Source: Macrostomum lignano
Lineage: Eukaryota
Reading direction: 5' to 3'
Length of the DNA: 23,664 nucleotides
Assembly (NCBI GenBank): GCA_002269645.1
Contig: NIVC01005174.1
Location: forward strand, 1-23,664
In this document: positions 12,041 to 21,685 of the stretch, one piece after another
Layout of the letters: the number at the start of each line of letters is the position of its first letter
Position numbering within the stretch: position 1 is the first letter of the stretch
Notes under the pieces: generated by a model
Databases searched by the model: none
What the model was told of the DNA's origin: nothing
The model's input: the letters and a program-made list of their open reading frames with translations, nothing else
Translations under genes and position numbers: made by a program

Positions 12041-12126
12041 TAGTGTCTGTCTGTCTGTCTGTCTGTCTGTCCTAGTGTCTGTCTTAGTGTCTGTCTGTCT
12101 GTCTGTCCTAGTGTCTGTCTGTATCT
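11365..12126 (+). repeat. Compound (GTCT)n microsatellite, ~760 bp, intronic
   Basis: GTCT runs interrupted by TATT, TAGT, GTTT and GTGT tetramers. Confidence 0.98.
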
Positions 12127-12594
12127 GCCACTGTATTTCTTCCTCTCTTCGCCTCTTCTCCAACAGTATTGAGTTGGCCGCTCACTGCTTGCTTGTTCGA
12201 TTTGCTGTATTGATCGGGCCTGGCAAAGTTGTTGGTTTAACTTTCTCAGCTCTATAAATAGAAATGGAAAGTGTAAGCCGCACATCTTCAGCTGTTGATT
12301 ACAGCTGGATTTTCTCTCACGTGACTCGCCTTGGTACTTAGGGAAACTTGTTTTTCCCTAGCCAATAGTTCGCAGCTGCTTAGCAATCAGAGGGTCAGAA
12401 ACATGTTATGTTCACTAGCTCCGTGCACACTTTACTTGGCGTGTCATTCTATACGTTTTCTAAACTACTGTATATGGACTGAAGGAAGATAACCGCCGCC
12501 TTTTCCTACTAAAAGTAACGTTATAAAGTTTATGGTTTTTTAATTGCAATGAAAGCTTAATACAAGCTCAATATCTTTGTAATAATTGTATGTT

Positions 12595-12708
12595 CCAGAC
12601 TATTCCAGACTATTCCCAAGGATGCTTAGAGACTATTCCCAAGGCTAATCAGAGACTATTCCCAAAGCTACTCAGAGACTATTCCCAAGGCTACTCAGAG
12701 ACTATTCC
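12595..12708 (+). repeat. 23-bp minisatellite (cagagactattcccaaggctact), ~4-5 copies, intronic
   Basis: Directly visible; ends ~65 bp before the exon acceptor at 12774. Confidence 0.9.
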
Positions 12709-12774
12709 CTCAAGTTACCTAGCCTATATGGTTCAATGACTAACCAAACTGTTCCTTCTGCCTCTCACAATCAG

Positions 12775-13894
12775 GCATGATATTCGAGATGCTGGGCACC
12801 CTGTGCGGAGTGATGACCTTCACCTTCATCACCCAGCACGGGCAGGACAGCTGCCAATTAGCATCCATCGGCAACCTTAGCCTGGCAGCCGGAGACCCCG
12901 AGCCGTCGCCAGTCCCAGCCGACGGCTCACCAGAGGTGGCGCGCTACCGGCTTGGCGGTACAATCATCGCCTCAGTTGTGTGCGCCTGCGGCTTAGTTGG
13001 CTTCGTCGGCACCAGGGAGGTCCCGGCCGCCGCCGTAGAATCTCCGTCCGTGACGTTGACATCGCCGCCTATTGAGCGTCACCGTCAGCAGACTGTTGCC
13101 GCCTGCTGCTACGGCATGCTGTCGGCATTCAAGCGCTGCCTGCGTCACCGATCCTACCGTCAGCTGATGCTGACCTTCATGCTGAGCTCGCTGGCCATAC
13201 AGACTGTGCAGAACAGCCTGGCACTGTACACTATCTACAGTTTGCAGATGAAGCCGCATCTGAAGTTCGCCATCGCCATAGTCATGTCCATGGCTATTCT
13301 GGCCACCCCGCTGGTGTTCTTAGCTATCAAGCGTGTGGGCAAGAAGCGCGTATTCTATGTTGGCCTGTTTCTCATCCTGCCCGTGTGCTTGTCCGCCACG
13401 TTCTGCCCGGCCGACGACCGGTTTGTACGCTCTATTACGTTACCATGCTGGTTGCCGGCTGCTTTGTCAGCGTGAATATGCTGCTGCCGTGGGTTATGCT
13501 GCCAGACGTTATCGACGATTACACAGCCGCCACTGGCCGGTCTAGCGATCAGGACTCCGCCACGTTCTACAGTCTGTACGTGTTCTTCAATAAATTCGCT
13601 GTGGGCATCAGCACCGCCTGTCTGCAGCTGGCCCTGCACCTCACCGGCTATCGGCAGTCTGAGGCCTGCTCGCAGTCTGCCGCCGTTGCCATGGCATTGC
13701 GCTGCATTATTGGGCCGCTACCGATGCTGCTAGTAGCGGCCGCGTTTCTGGCTCTGTTCCGGTATCCCATCACGCCTGAGTACAGAGCTCAACTGGACAG
13801 GCGGTTGGCCGAGGCTCGCTTGAACGGGGCCGCCTGCGGCACTGAGATGAGTCAGCAGACTAGCAAGCTGGATGGCGATGCCAAGGATGCTTGA
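12775..13894 (+). CDS. MFSD2: MFSD2-like last coding exon, with one apparent 1-bp deficit near 13428
   Basis: tcag|GC completes the phase-1 codon to give R-MIFEMLGT (MFSD2A RMTVEVLGT). Later motifs are LLPWVMLPDVIDD, FYSLYVFFNKFAVG and LALHLTGY. The exon is 1120 nt and needs one more base for the two ORF-track frames to join. Confidence 0.9.
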
Positions 13895-14240
13895 CTGCTT
13901 CTGTATCTCTCCTGTCACCTATTCCTTCTTGAGCTCTCGATGAAAACGGTTCCTAGGGCCAAGGAGCGTCCCAGATTCGTTTCAGGTTACACAGGTAAAA
14001 ATAGGAAGTGTCTGTGAGTCGCCTAAGAGTCTATTTGAGGCGTTTTATTGTCTGCGACTCTGAGGCCGTAGAGTCGTGTCTGGGGCGTGCAATAGTCGCT
14101 GTGGAACTCTATTTAGCCTGCTTGACTCTCAGGCCAAGCGCCAACTTGTAGCTCTCTGTCCTATCTGTCTCTGTTGTCATGGTCTTGTCAATACTTTGCC
14201 TAAAAATCAACAAGTTTGGAATCACGTCTTTCATTTGATA

Positions 14241-14246
14241 AATAAA
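14241..14246 (+). promoter_or_regulatory. Candidate polyadenylation signal of the MFSD2-like gene
   Basis: AATAAA ~350 nt downstream of the stop, followed by GT-rich sequence. The motif is common in AT-rich DNA. Confidence 0.35.
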
Positions 14247-14722
14247 ACGTTTGTATTGGGATCGTGGACCCTGCGGTTTAGGCTACTGGTTTATTATACA
14301 ATGCTCTTTAGTTATAAAGAATCAATCCCATGAATCCCATAAAACCCCAAACTACGAGTACTTCACTATAATTCACAAAACTGACATTTCCGCGACTGGA
14401 AACTACTGTTAGTAGTGTAAAAAACAACTTCCATCCCGTTCCTAAATTATGCCCTACTACAATATGTTAATTTAGAAAGAAGTGCTGTTTAACGATTTAC
14501 GTTAATCGTACTTGCGTGGCATGATGCTTTGAAAAGACTTGTAGATAGTTCGGCCAAGAGTTGAGATTTTGATAGACAAAAAATCAATTAATTTACTTCG
14601 ATAATTCACAAAGCGAATAAATTTACAATCCGACTGGCGCTTTGAAGAATTTTTTCATGAATTTAAACCATATGCAGAACAAGCACTTGAAGTAAAATTA
14701 ATAGATTTTTGCTTCATCAATA

Positions 14723-14975
14723 CGACAGCTCAGCCGCAGCTATTGCGCGGCGCATCTGAAGGCTGCGTACGGCGGTTCAGTCCAAGGACTGGGGGTCGCC
14801 ACACACCCTCAATTACCCCAGCTAATGCTGGCACCCATTTTACAGCTGGGTGAACTGAAGCAATGCAGAGTTAAGTGTCTTGCTCAAGGACACAAATTGG
14901 TCCGAGTGGGTCGAGAATCGAACCCCCGACCTTTCAGTCGCGAGCCTGACGCTGTAACCACTATACTACAAGCCC
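14723..14975 (-). mobile_element. CORE-like tRNA-SINE, copy 2 (head intact, tail end missing)
   Basis: Same head and core as 3418-3688 (GGGCTTGTAGTATAGTGG ... GGTTCGATTC ... tgtgtccttgagcaagacacttaac). Confidence 0.88.
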
Positions 14976-15919
14976 TTGTACTTATACAATAAATTAACAT
15001 CAACAAAAGTTTGCAAGTCAAATCAAAAATGGAATTTTCCAAACCTGTCGGATTTTATGCTTGCATCACTAAGTTTTTGAACACCACTCGTGTCTGGTAA
15101 AATAAAATTCTCAAATTTGTTCTGCTATTTCGCACAGCAGGTGCCAATAGTCTACACAGAGACTTGCGCATTGTACTACTAGCAGTAGGCATTGAGTGGC
15201 GGTAGCTAGCATGCTATCGCTATGCATTTATGACAAACATGCTTAGTTACTGGAGATGTTTAGCTGTCTACTTAAGTTTTATATGATCAAATGCAATGCA
15301 ATTTACTGCTTAATTGGCTGCTCATAAGACTAGTTTCTTCAATCATTCGAAATGTTTGTCCACGTGTTGCGAGATTTTAGGCAGGATTGGTTTTTTGTCA
15401 TTTTTATAAATTAATTGTCAAATTTTCTGCAACTAGTTATATAAAATCCTGTTGTCTTTTTTCTTCTACAGTTCACTGAAGCTCCACTGAAGCAACGACC
15501 CTTAAACATTTTTCTAGCTATTCCCAATTTAACAATTTCAGCTCAAAACGGCAACTGCCCCCCTTTTTGTAGATTGGCATTTTTCCTTGTTTTAATCTTT
15601 TAGTTACTTATAAACACGAAATTCCTTTGTAAACCGAAACACCTGCCCAGTCTTTGTCTGTCTGGCAGGTTGCTACATATTATGCTAACTGATTAGATGT
15701 TCACTTTCTACTCTTAACTGTACACTAGCCAAGCTCGAATGCAATGTTATGAAATATATTTACAAAGCACAGCTAAAAATCTAATTGTTTTCTTTTTTGT
15801 TTCACATTGAAGCCGAATCTTCAGCCATTTGTTTCGGTCCTGTGTTCGTAGCTTGGCAATCCTTTGTTTTGGGGTATATTGCAGCTCATTGAAATTTCAT
15901 CTTCAATGTTCTGCATTTG

Positions 15920-16191
15920 AGATCTGGTGGCCCAGCAACTGAGGATCTGGGAGCCTGGTCCAGCAACTGAGGATCTGGGAGTGTGGCCTAGCAACTGAGG
16001 ATCTAGGAGTGTGGCCTACAACTGAGGATCTGGGAGGCTGGCCAGCAACTGAGGATCTGGGAGGCTGGCCCAGCAACTGAGGATCTGGGAGGCTGGCCCA
16101 GCAACTGAGGATCTGTGAGTGTGGCCCAGCAACTGAGGATCTGGGAAGCTGGCCCAGCAACAGAGGATCTGGGAGTGTGGCCCAGCAACTG
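15920..16191 (-). repeat. 28-bp minisatellite array 2 (same family as array 1, opposite orientation), ~9-10 units
   Basis: Units gaggatctgggaggctggcccagcaact and the variant ...gggagtgtggccc... Confidence 0.97.
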
Positions 16192-16625
16192 CCCGTCGGT
16201 AAATAATTGTCTCTCAAGGTGTCAAATGGCACATGAGAAACCGATAGAAATGAATGGAAAAAAAACTCGATTACTCGTAGTAACAAAAATGGGCATTGCA
16301 CAGTTGGAAGAATAGTAGATTTTGCCAGAAAAATTATTTCCTGCAGGGAAAAAAATCAGATTTTTGAGAGAATTGTTTGCACAATGATTGCATTCTACAC
16401 TATTGCTACTTGTGAAAAATTAGGTAGGCTGAATGGCACTTAACATTTTTTGCAAGTTATTTCTGGCTTGTCCGTTCCAGACGATAGATATCTCTTAGCA
16501 GAGCATGTCACTTCTGTTCTCCTGTCAGACTAGTATATCTTTGCGTACATGAAGCCATCTCACATCGAGAGTCTCGATTCGCCACCATGCATAGCTTACC
16601 ATAGCCGTCAGGAACAGATATACTA

Positions 16626-16848
16626 CACCTTTTCACGTTCAATTTTGAACAAAGTCCAGTTCTAAAAAAACTAGCGGAAATTCAATTCAGACAATTCCGA
16701 CTGGGGACAATTTTGTCTATGGCTAAACCTCGCTTCCGTAGCAGAATGTTTTGAACTGGGTTTGTTGCCCCAGTCTGAATTGTCTGAATTGAATTTCCGC
16801 TAGTTTTTTTAGAACTGGACTTTGTTCAAAATTGAACGTGAAAAGGTG
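16626..16848. mobile_element. MITE, 223 bp, ~81-bp terminal inverted repeats, TA target-site duplication (Tc1/mariner-type)
   Basis: 16626-16706 is the reverse complement of 16768-16848 with one mismatch. TA lies at 16624-16625 and 16849-16850. No ORF. Confidence 0.92.
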
Positions 16849-17756
16849 TAATGGGTGGCGCGCCATAGGTAACTATAAACCTCGACATGGACCACAGATT
16901 CTATAAACACAGAATCTGTGACATAGACTAAACTTTAAATTTGTAGTTACTTAAGCGCCACCGGGTATGTATGTGGCTATAGATTAAAACATGGGCAAGC
17001 CGGTAGAAATTAGTGAGGTTGAGGCAGGGTTAGCACTGCATGCTGAGGCGTGAGGCCGGAGCAAGCGACAGAAGCCTCTGCAGAAATTTCACTGCGGGTC
17101 CTGTAGAGAGCGGCTTTTCCTGCATGAGAAGTGGAGGCTCCAACGATTGTTCCTGATGACTACAGACAGGCAGCTGCAGCTTTTAGATCAATAAGTTGTC
17201 AACCAAGTTCTTGGCAGTAGCTTCAGCCGTAAGAACTGCGCGGCTGACAATGGTAATAATCTGCTTCAGTCTGCTCCTGAGTTGCTGCTGCAGTCGCTCA
17301 CACTAATGAGGCAGGCACAAGAGGAGATACGCAGTGAGGATAGGTAGGGGAATGAGAATCTGGCTGGTTGTTCGTGTTGTGAAGTAAATAGAGACTTTAT
17401 TCAAGTAGCTGTGTGAGAGTCTAGTGTAGTTCCCCCTCAGGAATATCAGTAACATTTTGCACGGCCAGTTCTTACTCGTGAGTTCGCGCCGGGTTGAAGT
17501 CGCACTTTTACACTTTTTCTTCGACTGCGATTGCATCATTGATGCAAAAGTCAATGGAGAATTGCTCAAAGCGACAGAATGTTAGTTTTGTTTTTTGTTT
17601 TGACCTGCATGTAATTCTTTGTTTTCTTCCGCTGCATTGACTGTTACAAGAGCTCCATGAAATGCTTTGGCTTTTTTCATTAATATGCTGCCCGTCTAAT
17701 AATGAAAAGAATGCTCATAAATTTAACTCGTTCTACTGAGAAATTTCACAACAGCT

Positions 17757-17985
17757 AATAATTAAATAATAATACTTGATTACACCTGCCCTAATATGCA
17801 GATGTGCAACCGACAGCTCAGCCGCAGCTATTGCGCGGTGCATCTGAAGGCTGCGTACGGCTGTTCAGTCCAAGGACTGGGGGGTCGCCACACACACCCT
17901 CAATTACCCCAGCTAATGCTGGCACCCATTTTACAGCTGGGTGAACTGAGGCAATGCACAGGTAAGTGTCTTGCTCAAGGTCACA
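17757..17985 (-). mobile_element. CORE-like SINE, copy 3 (tRNA head absent, (TAT)-type tail present)
   Basis: Core and 3' part match copies 1 and 2. Similarity stops at tgtgaccttgagcaag. The 9-mer acaacagct occurs at 17748-17756 and 18010-18018. Confidence 0.88.
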
Positions 17986-18331
17986 GGTTGGATTCCCTAT
18001 TCCACTGGAACAACAGCTGCGAAGGCTGTGTATTTTTTTTATTAGAGGCAGGGGGGTTGTGTGCACCCTGGCGCACTTTAAGCGACATAGGCACACAACC
18101 GGCGAGAGGCATTGCTGCCCATTCCGCCGACTCCCCTGAGCAGGCATACAAGCGCGCGGATACGTACGCAGGCACACACTCACACAGGAGTGTACAGCGG
18201 CCCTAACTTTATATTATCGTTAGGCATGTACACTTCACTGTGCCTTGGGGGGTTGGCTCTCAAGGCCGTTAATTGCACGAGCAGAGCCAAGCCGAGATTC
18301 CAATTCAGCCCCAAATTATGTGACAGCACTT

Positions 18332-18387
18332 GGAATCGAGTCTGGGTCGCTGGGACACCAGAGCCTGCGCTAGACCGCTGGGCTGTG
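18332..18387 (-). mobile_element. Degenerate tRNA-like (SINE head) fragment of a different family
   Basis: Minus strand CAGCCCAGCGGTCTAGCGC (A-box-like) ... GACTCGATTCC (B-box-like). No good cloverleaf. Confidence 0.35.
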
Positions 18388-19274
18388 TAAGTGAAGTTTA
18401 AGTCTCAACTCAGTGTCGCGGTAGTCTTGTATTCGACTCGTCAAATGAGTAGCGTATAGCAGATCGTCAGCCGAGATAGAGCTACACTAATAAAGGAGGA
18501 ATGCACGCGGAATTTACCTAAATGGACACAGCAACCTGGGGTGAGAGGATAGTGAAGTGCTTGACTGGTGAGAGGACTCTAAATCCAACCTTAACTCTGA
18601 TCTGCACGCGGTAGGATGTTGAGTATTGAGTGTTGAGACTAAATGCAGACAGGGGGGGGGTAAAAAAACAAAACAATGACTTTCATGCAAAAGAGAGAAG
18701 CAGGGCAAAGTCAAGACAGAAAAACCAGCCTGTAGACCAGAATTAAAATACAGTAGCTACTGGGGAGACTGAGCAAGAAGCATTTGAGCTGCAGACCTCA
18801 CTGCATGACACGCACAACGCAGCAGTATTACTTAACGTAAAAAGGAAGTCGCAACTGGTCTCGTAAATAATATGCATCTTTACCACAAATTAGAAAATCA
18901 CAACAACGAGTTCATCTGGCATATTTTACGAGCGTAATTACCAGATTGCTTTACATAATACAGAACAATAGCCATCATCAGTGAGAATAATTTTCGCGGC
19001 CCCTGCAGTCAAGCTAATGAAGTAATAAAGGAGAACAATACGAGTACATTAGTGTAATCATAGTCAATACACGAGTGCAAATTCAAATAAAAAAGCGTCA
19101 TAGTTGGAGATACCGCAGTACAAAAGTTGCGAGCTAGAACAAACGAATCAAATATATCAAAATAAAAAAGTAACAGGTCGCCATCTTACCTAACCCTACC
19201 TGATATCCACGTCTGCTTGAAAGTTTTCGATGTTTTGAAACTTTCAGAAGGGAACTGAATCACTGAGAGCTCAC

Positions 19275-19845
19275 CAATCAGCTGGAAGAAGCGAATCTCG
19301 CAGATGGTCAGGATCAGTCCAGTCAGGGTCTGAATCCGCAGCACTCTGCCGCTAAGGCCGCAGCTCACATTGAAGACGGACTCGGAAGCATTGGTGAAGT
19401 AGCTGGCGCACTGAACTTCGTCCATCAGCAGCTGGAAGAAGCGAATCTCGCAGATGGTCAGGATCAGTCCAGTCAGGGTCTGAATCCGCAGCACTCTGCC
19501 GCTAAGGCCGCAGCTCACATTGAAGACGGACTCGGAAGCATTGGTGAAGTAGCTGGCGCACTGAACTTCGTCCATCAGCAGCTGGAAGTTCGCCAGCCTC
19601 TCCGGGCAGCAGTCGGCTCGATTCCACAGGGTGACCAAGTCGACTCGAACTGAGGAGTTGAACTCGGCCTGCCACCAGGCTGCCGTGTCTGAGGCACCTG
19701 TAGCTGAGCAGCTGAGGGAGCCCCAGTCCTGCGCTGTGCTGCCATCGATGGCCTTGTCGCAGGTGGCGTATGTCGAATATTCGAGCTGTGCTGGCAGGAG
19801 TCTGGCCACAGTGGCTGCACAACTGGCTGCGCCGTCAGCTGCGGC
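19275..19845 (-). CDS. F-type lectin (FTP / F5-8 type C) domain exon, with an apparent 1-bp deficit near 19782 and an internal 50-aa duplication
   Basis: Motifs AIDG, WWQAEF, VTLWNRADCCPERL and LTICEI. Acceptor tttctcaattgcag| at 19846 and donor g|gtgagc at 19274. The phase-2 junction with the signal exon puts the start of this exon in the PQLTAQPVVQPLWPDSCQHSS frame. Confidence 0.85.
19279..19588. repeat. Perfect 150-bp tandem duplication (19279-19428, 19429-19578) with 10-bp junction microhomology CAGCTGGAAG
   Basis: The two copies read identical by eye. CAGCTGGAAG occurs at 19279, 19429 and 19579. Confidence 0.95.
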
Positions 19846-19902
19846 CTGCAATTGAGAAATGCTAGTGGGGCTGGCTCTCTCCGACTTCCAGGTTTACACT
19901 CT

Positions 19903-19970
19903 GCATTAGACACCTCGGCAGCGCCTTGGCTCGAAACCAGAAATTACAGGTTCGAATCCGCGCCGTTTGA
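19903..19970 (+). other. tRNA-like fragment (pseudo-tRNA or SINE head), antisense within lectin intron 1
   Basis: GGTTCGAATCC B box at ~19949-19959, preceded by an anticodon-like hairpin TTGG-CTCGAAA-CCAG. The A box and acceptor stem are poor. Confidence 0.4.
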
Positions 19971-20266
19971 CGCAAAGAACTGCGTTGACAAAGGCAAACG
20001 AATATTTGAGACACAAACACAGAGTATGTACATGCACGATGCAAAAGTGTGTGCTTGTGCACGAGGGAATTGTGTTCTCAAGGGCAGCCGAACTAAAAAT
20101 TCTTAAACAACCGGCAGCTGTCTGACTGTCACCAGGGGCTTCAAATCTGTTCCATTTATGTGAATGGAACACAGGAAAAACGCCCAAAACAAACCTACTA
20201 ATGCAGATTTTACATAGCTACAACCCAGCAAGCAGTTGGCACAGCCCGCACACGTTTGGCACTCAC

Positions 20267-20307
20267 CAAACAGCTGGTAATATTAAAGCTATCAATGTAA
20301 ACTTCAT
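20267..20307 (-). CDS. Signal-peptide exon of the F-type lectin gene
   Basis: ATG at 20307, MKFTLIALILPAV, then tg|gtgagt (canonical phase-2 donor). Splicing to 19845 gives MKFTLIALILPAVWPQLTA-QPVV, a plausible signal peptide. Too short for the ORF track. Confidence 0.8.
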
Positions 20308-20657
20308 GTGATTTGAAATTATCTATGCAAGCTTAAAAATCTAAAATTCAATCTCTCGGCAAATCCATCATCACAGCGAGCAGTGCAGTGAATAAATAAT
20401 ATTCTCTAAATTCAGAAAACCAGCCACTTCCAGCTCAGCTTTCTTCGAGGGTGCTGATTGGTCCGGGCCATCAAGGTTCCGGAAAGTCAGGGTAAAAAGC
20501 TTGTAGTTTGAATTTTGCTTTGCTAGCTCGTACTAATCAGTAGCAGTAGAAGACTTTGGAGAAACAATTAAAAAAATTGATTTGTTATTCTGCGTCAGGA
20601 TGCTCCCCAAGAGCTCATGTATTTTTAACCAAAATTAGGCCATCAAATAAATTGTAA

Positions 20658-21685
20658 GAGGATCTGTGAGTGTGGCCCAGCAACTGAGGATCTGGGAAGC
20701 TGGCCCAGCAACAGAGGATCTGGGAGTGTGGCCCAGCAACTGAGGATCTGGGAGGCTGGCCCAGCAACTGAGGATCTGGGAGTGTGGCCCAGCAACTGAG
20801 GATCTGGGAGGCTGGTCCAGCAACTGAGGATCTGGGAGTGTGGCCCAGCAACTGAGGATCTGGGAGGCTGGCCCAGCAACTGAGGATCTGGGAGTGTGGC
20901 CCAGCAACAGAGGATCTGGGAGTGTGGCCCAGCAACTGAGGATCTGGGAGGCTGGCCCAGCAACTGAGGATCTGGGAGTGTGGCCCAGCAACTGAGGATC
21001 TGGGAGGCTGGCAGCAACTGAGGATCTGGGAGTGTGGCCCAGCAACTGAGGATCTGGGAGGCTGGCCCAGCAACTGAGGATCTGGGAGTGTGGCCCAGCA
21101 ACTGAGGATCTGGGAGGCTGGCCCAGCAACTGAGGATCTGGGAGTGTGGCCAGCAACTGAGGATCTGGGAGTGTGGCCCACAACTGGGAGGATCTAGGAG
21201 TGTGGCCTACAACTGAGGATCTGGGAGTGTGGCCTACAACTGAGGATCTGGGAGGCTGGCCCAGCAACTGAGGATCTGGGAGGCTGGCCCAGCAACTGAG
21301 GATCTGGGAGGCTGGCCCAGCAACTGAGGATCTGGGAGGCTGGCCCAGCAACTGAGGATCTGGGAGGCTGGCCCAGCAACTGAGGATCTGCGAGGCTGTT
21401 TCAGCAACTGAGGATCTGGGAGGCTGGCCCAGCAACTGAGGATCTGGGAGGCTGGCCCAGCAACTAAGGATCTGGGAGGCTGGTCCAGCAACTGAGGATC
21501 TGGGAGGCCGGCCCAGCAACTGAGGATCTGGGAGGCTCGCCCAGCAACTGAGGATCTGGGAGGCTGGCCCAGAAACTGAGGATCTGAAAGGCTGGCCCAG
21601 CAACTGAGGATCTGGGAGGCTCGCCCAGCAACTGAGGATCTGGGAGGCTGGCCCAACAACTGGGGATCTGGGAGGGCGGCCCAGC
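20658..21685 (-). repeat. 28-bp minisatellite array 3, ~37 units
   Basis: Same family and orientation as array 2. Confidence 0.97.

Noticed and set aside
11144-12285. ORFs of repeated SVCL / QTDR
   Set aside because: Translations of the (GTCT)n microsatellite.
16893-16920. Small perfect hairpin cacagattct-N8-agaatctgtg (and an imperfect one at 18860-18932)
   Set aside because: Too short to assign, and probably fragments of small transposons. Bacterial-style terminators are irrelevant here.
17000-17700. Idea that TAA/TAG are read as Gln (ciliate-type code), since several stops fall at plausible Gln positions and the three visible gene ends are TGA
   Set aside because: None of the well-supported exons contains an in-frame TAA or TAG, TGA stops also interrupt this frame, and the stop density is not clearly below random.
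19186-19851. ORF-track 221-aa protein taken as the full lectin
   Set aside because: Its start lies in the acceptor region and its end runs past a gtgagc donor. The spliced model with a signal exon fits better.
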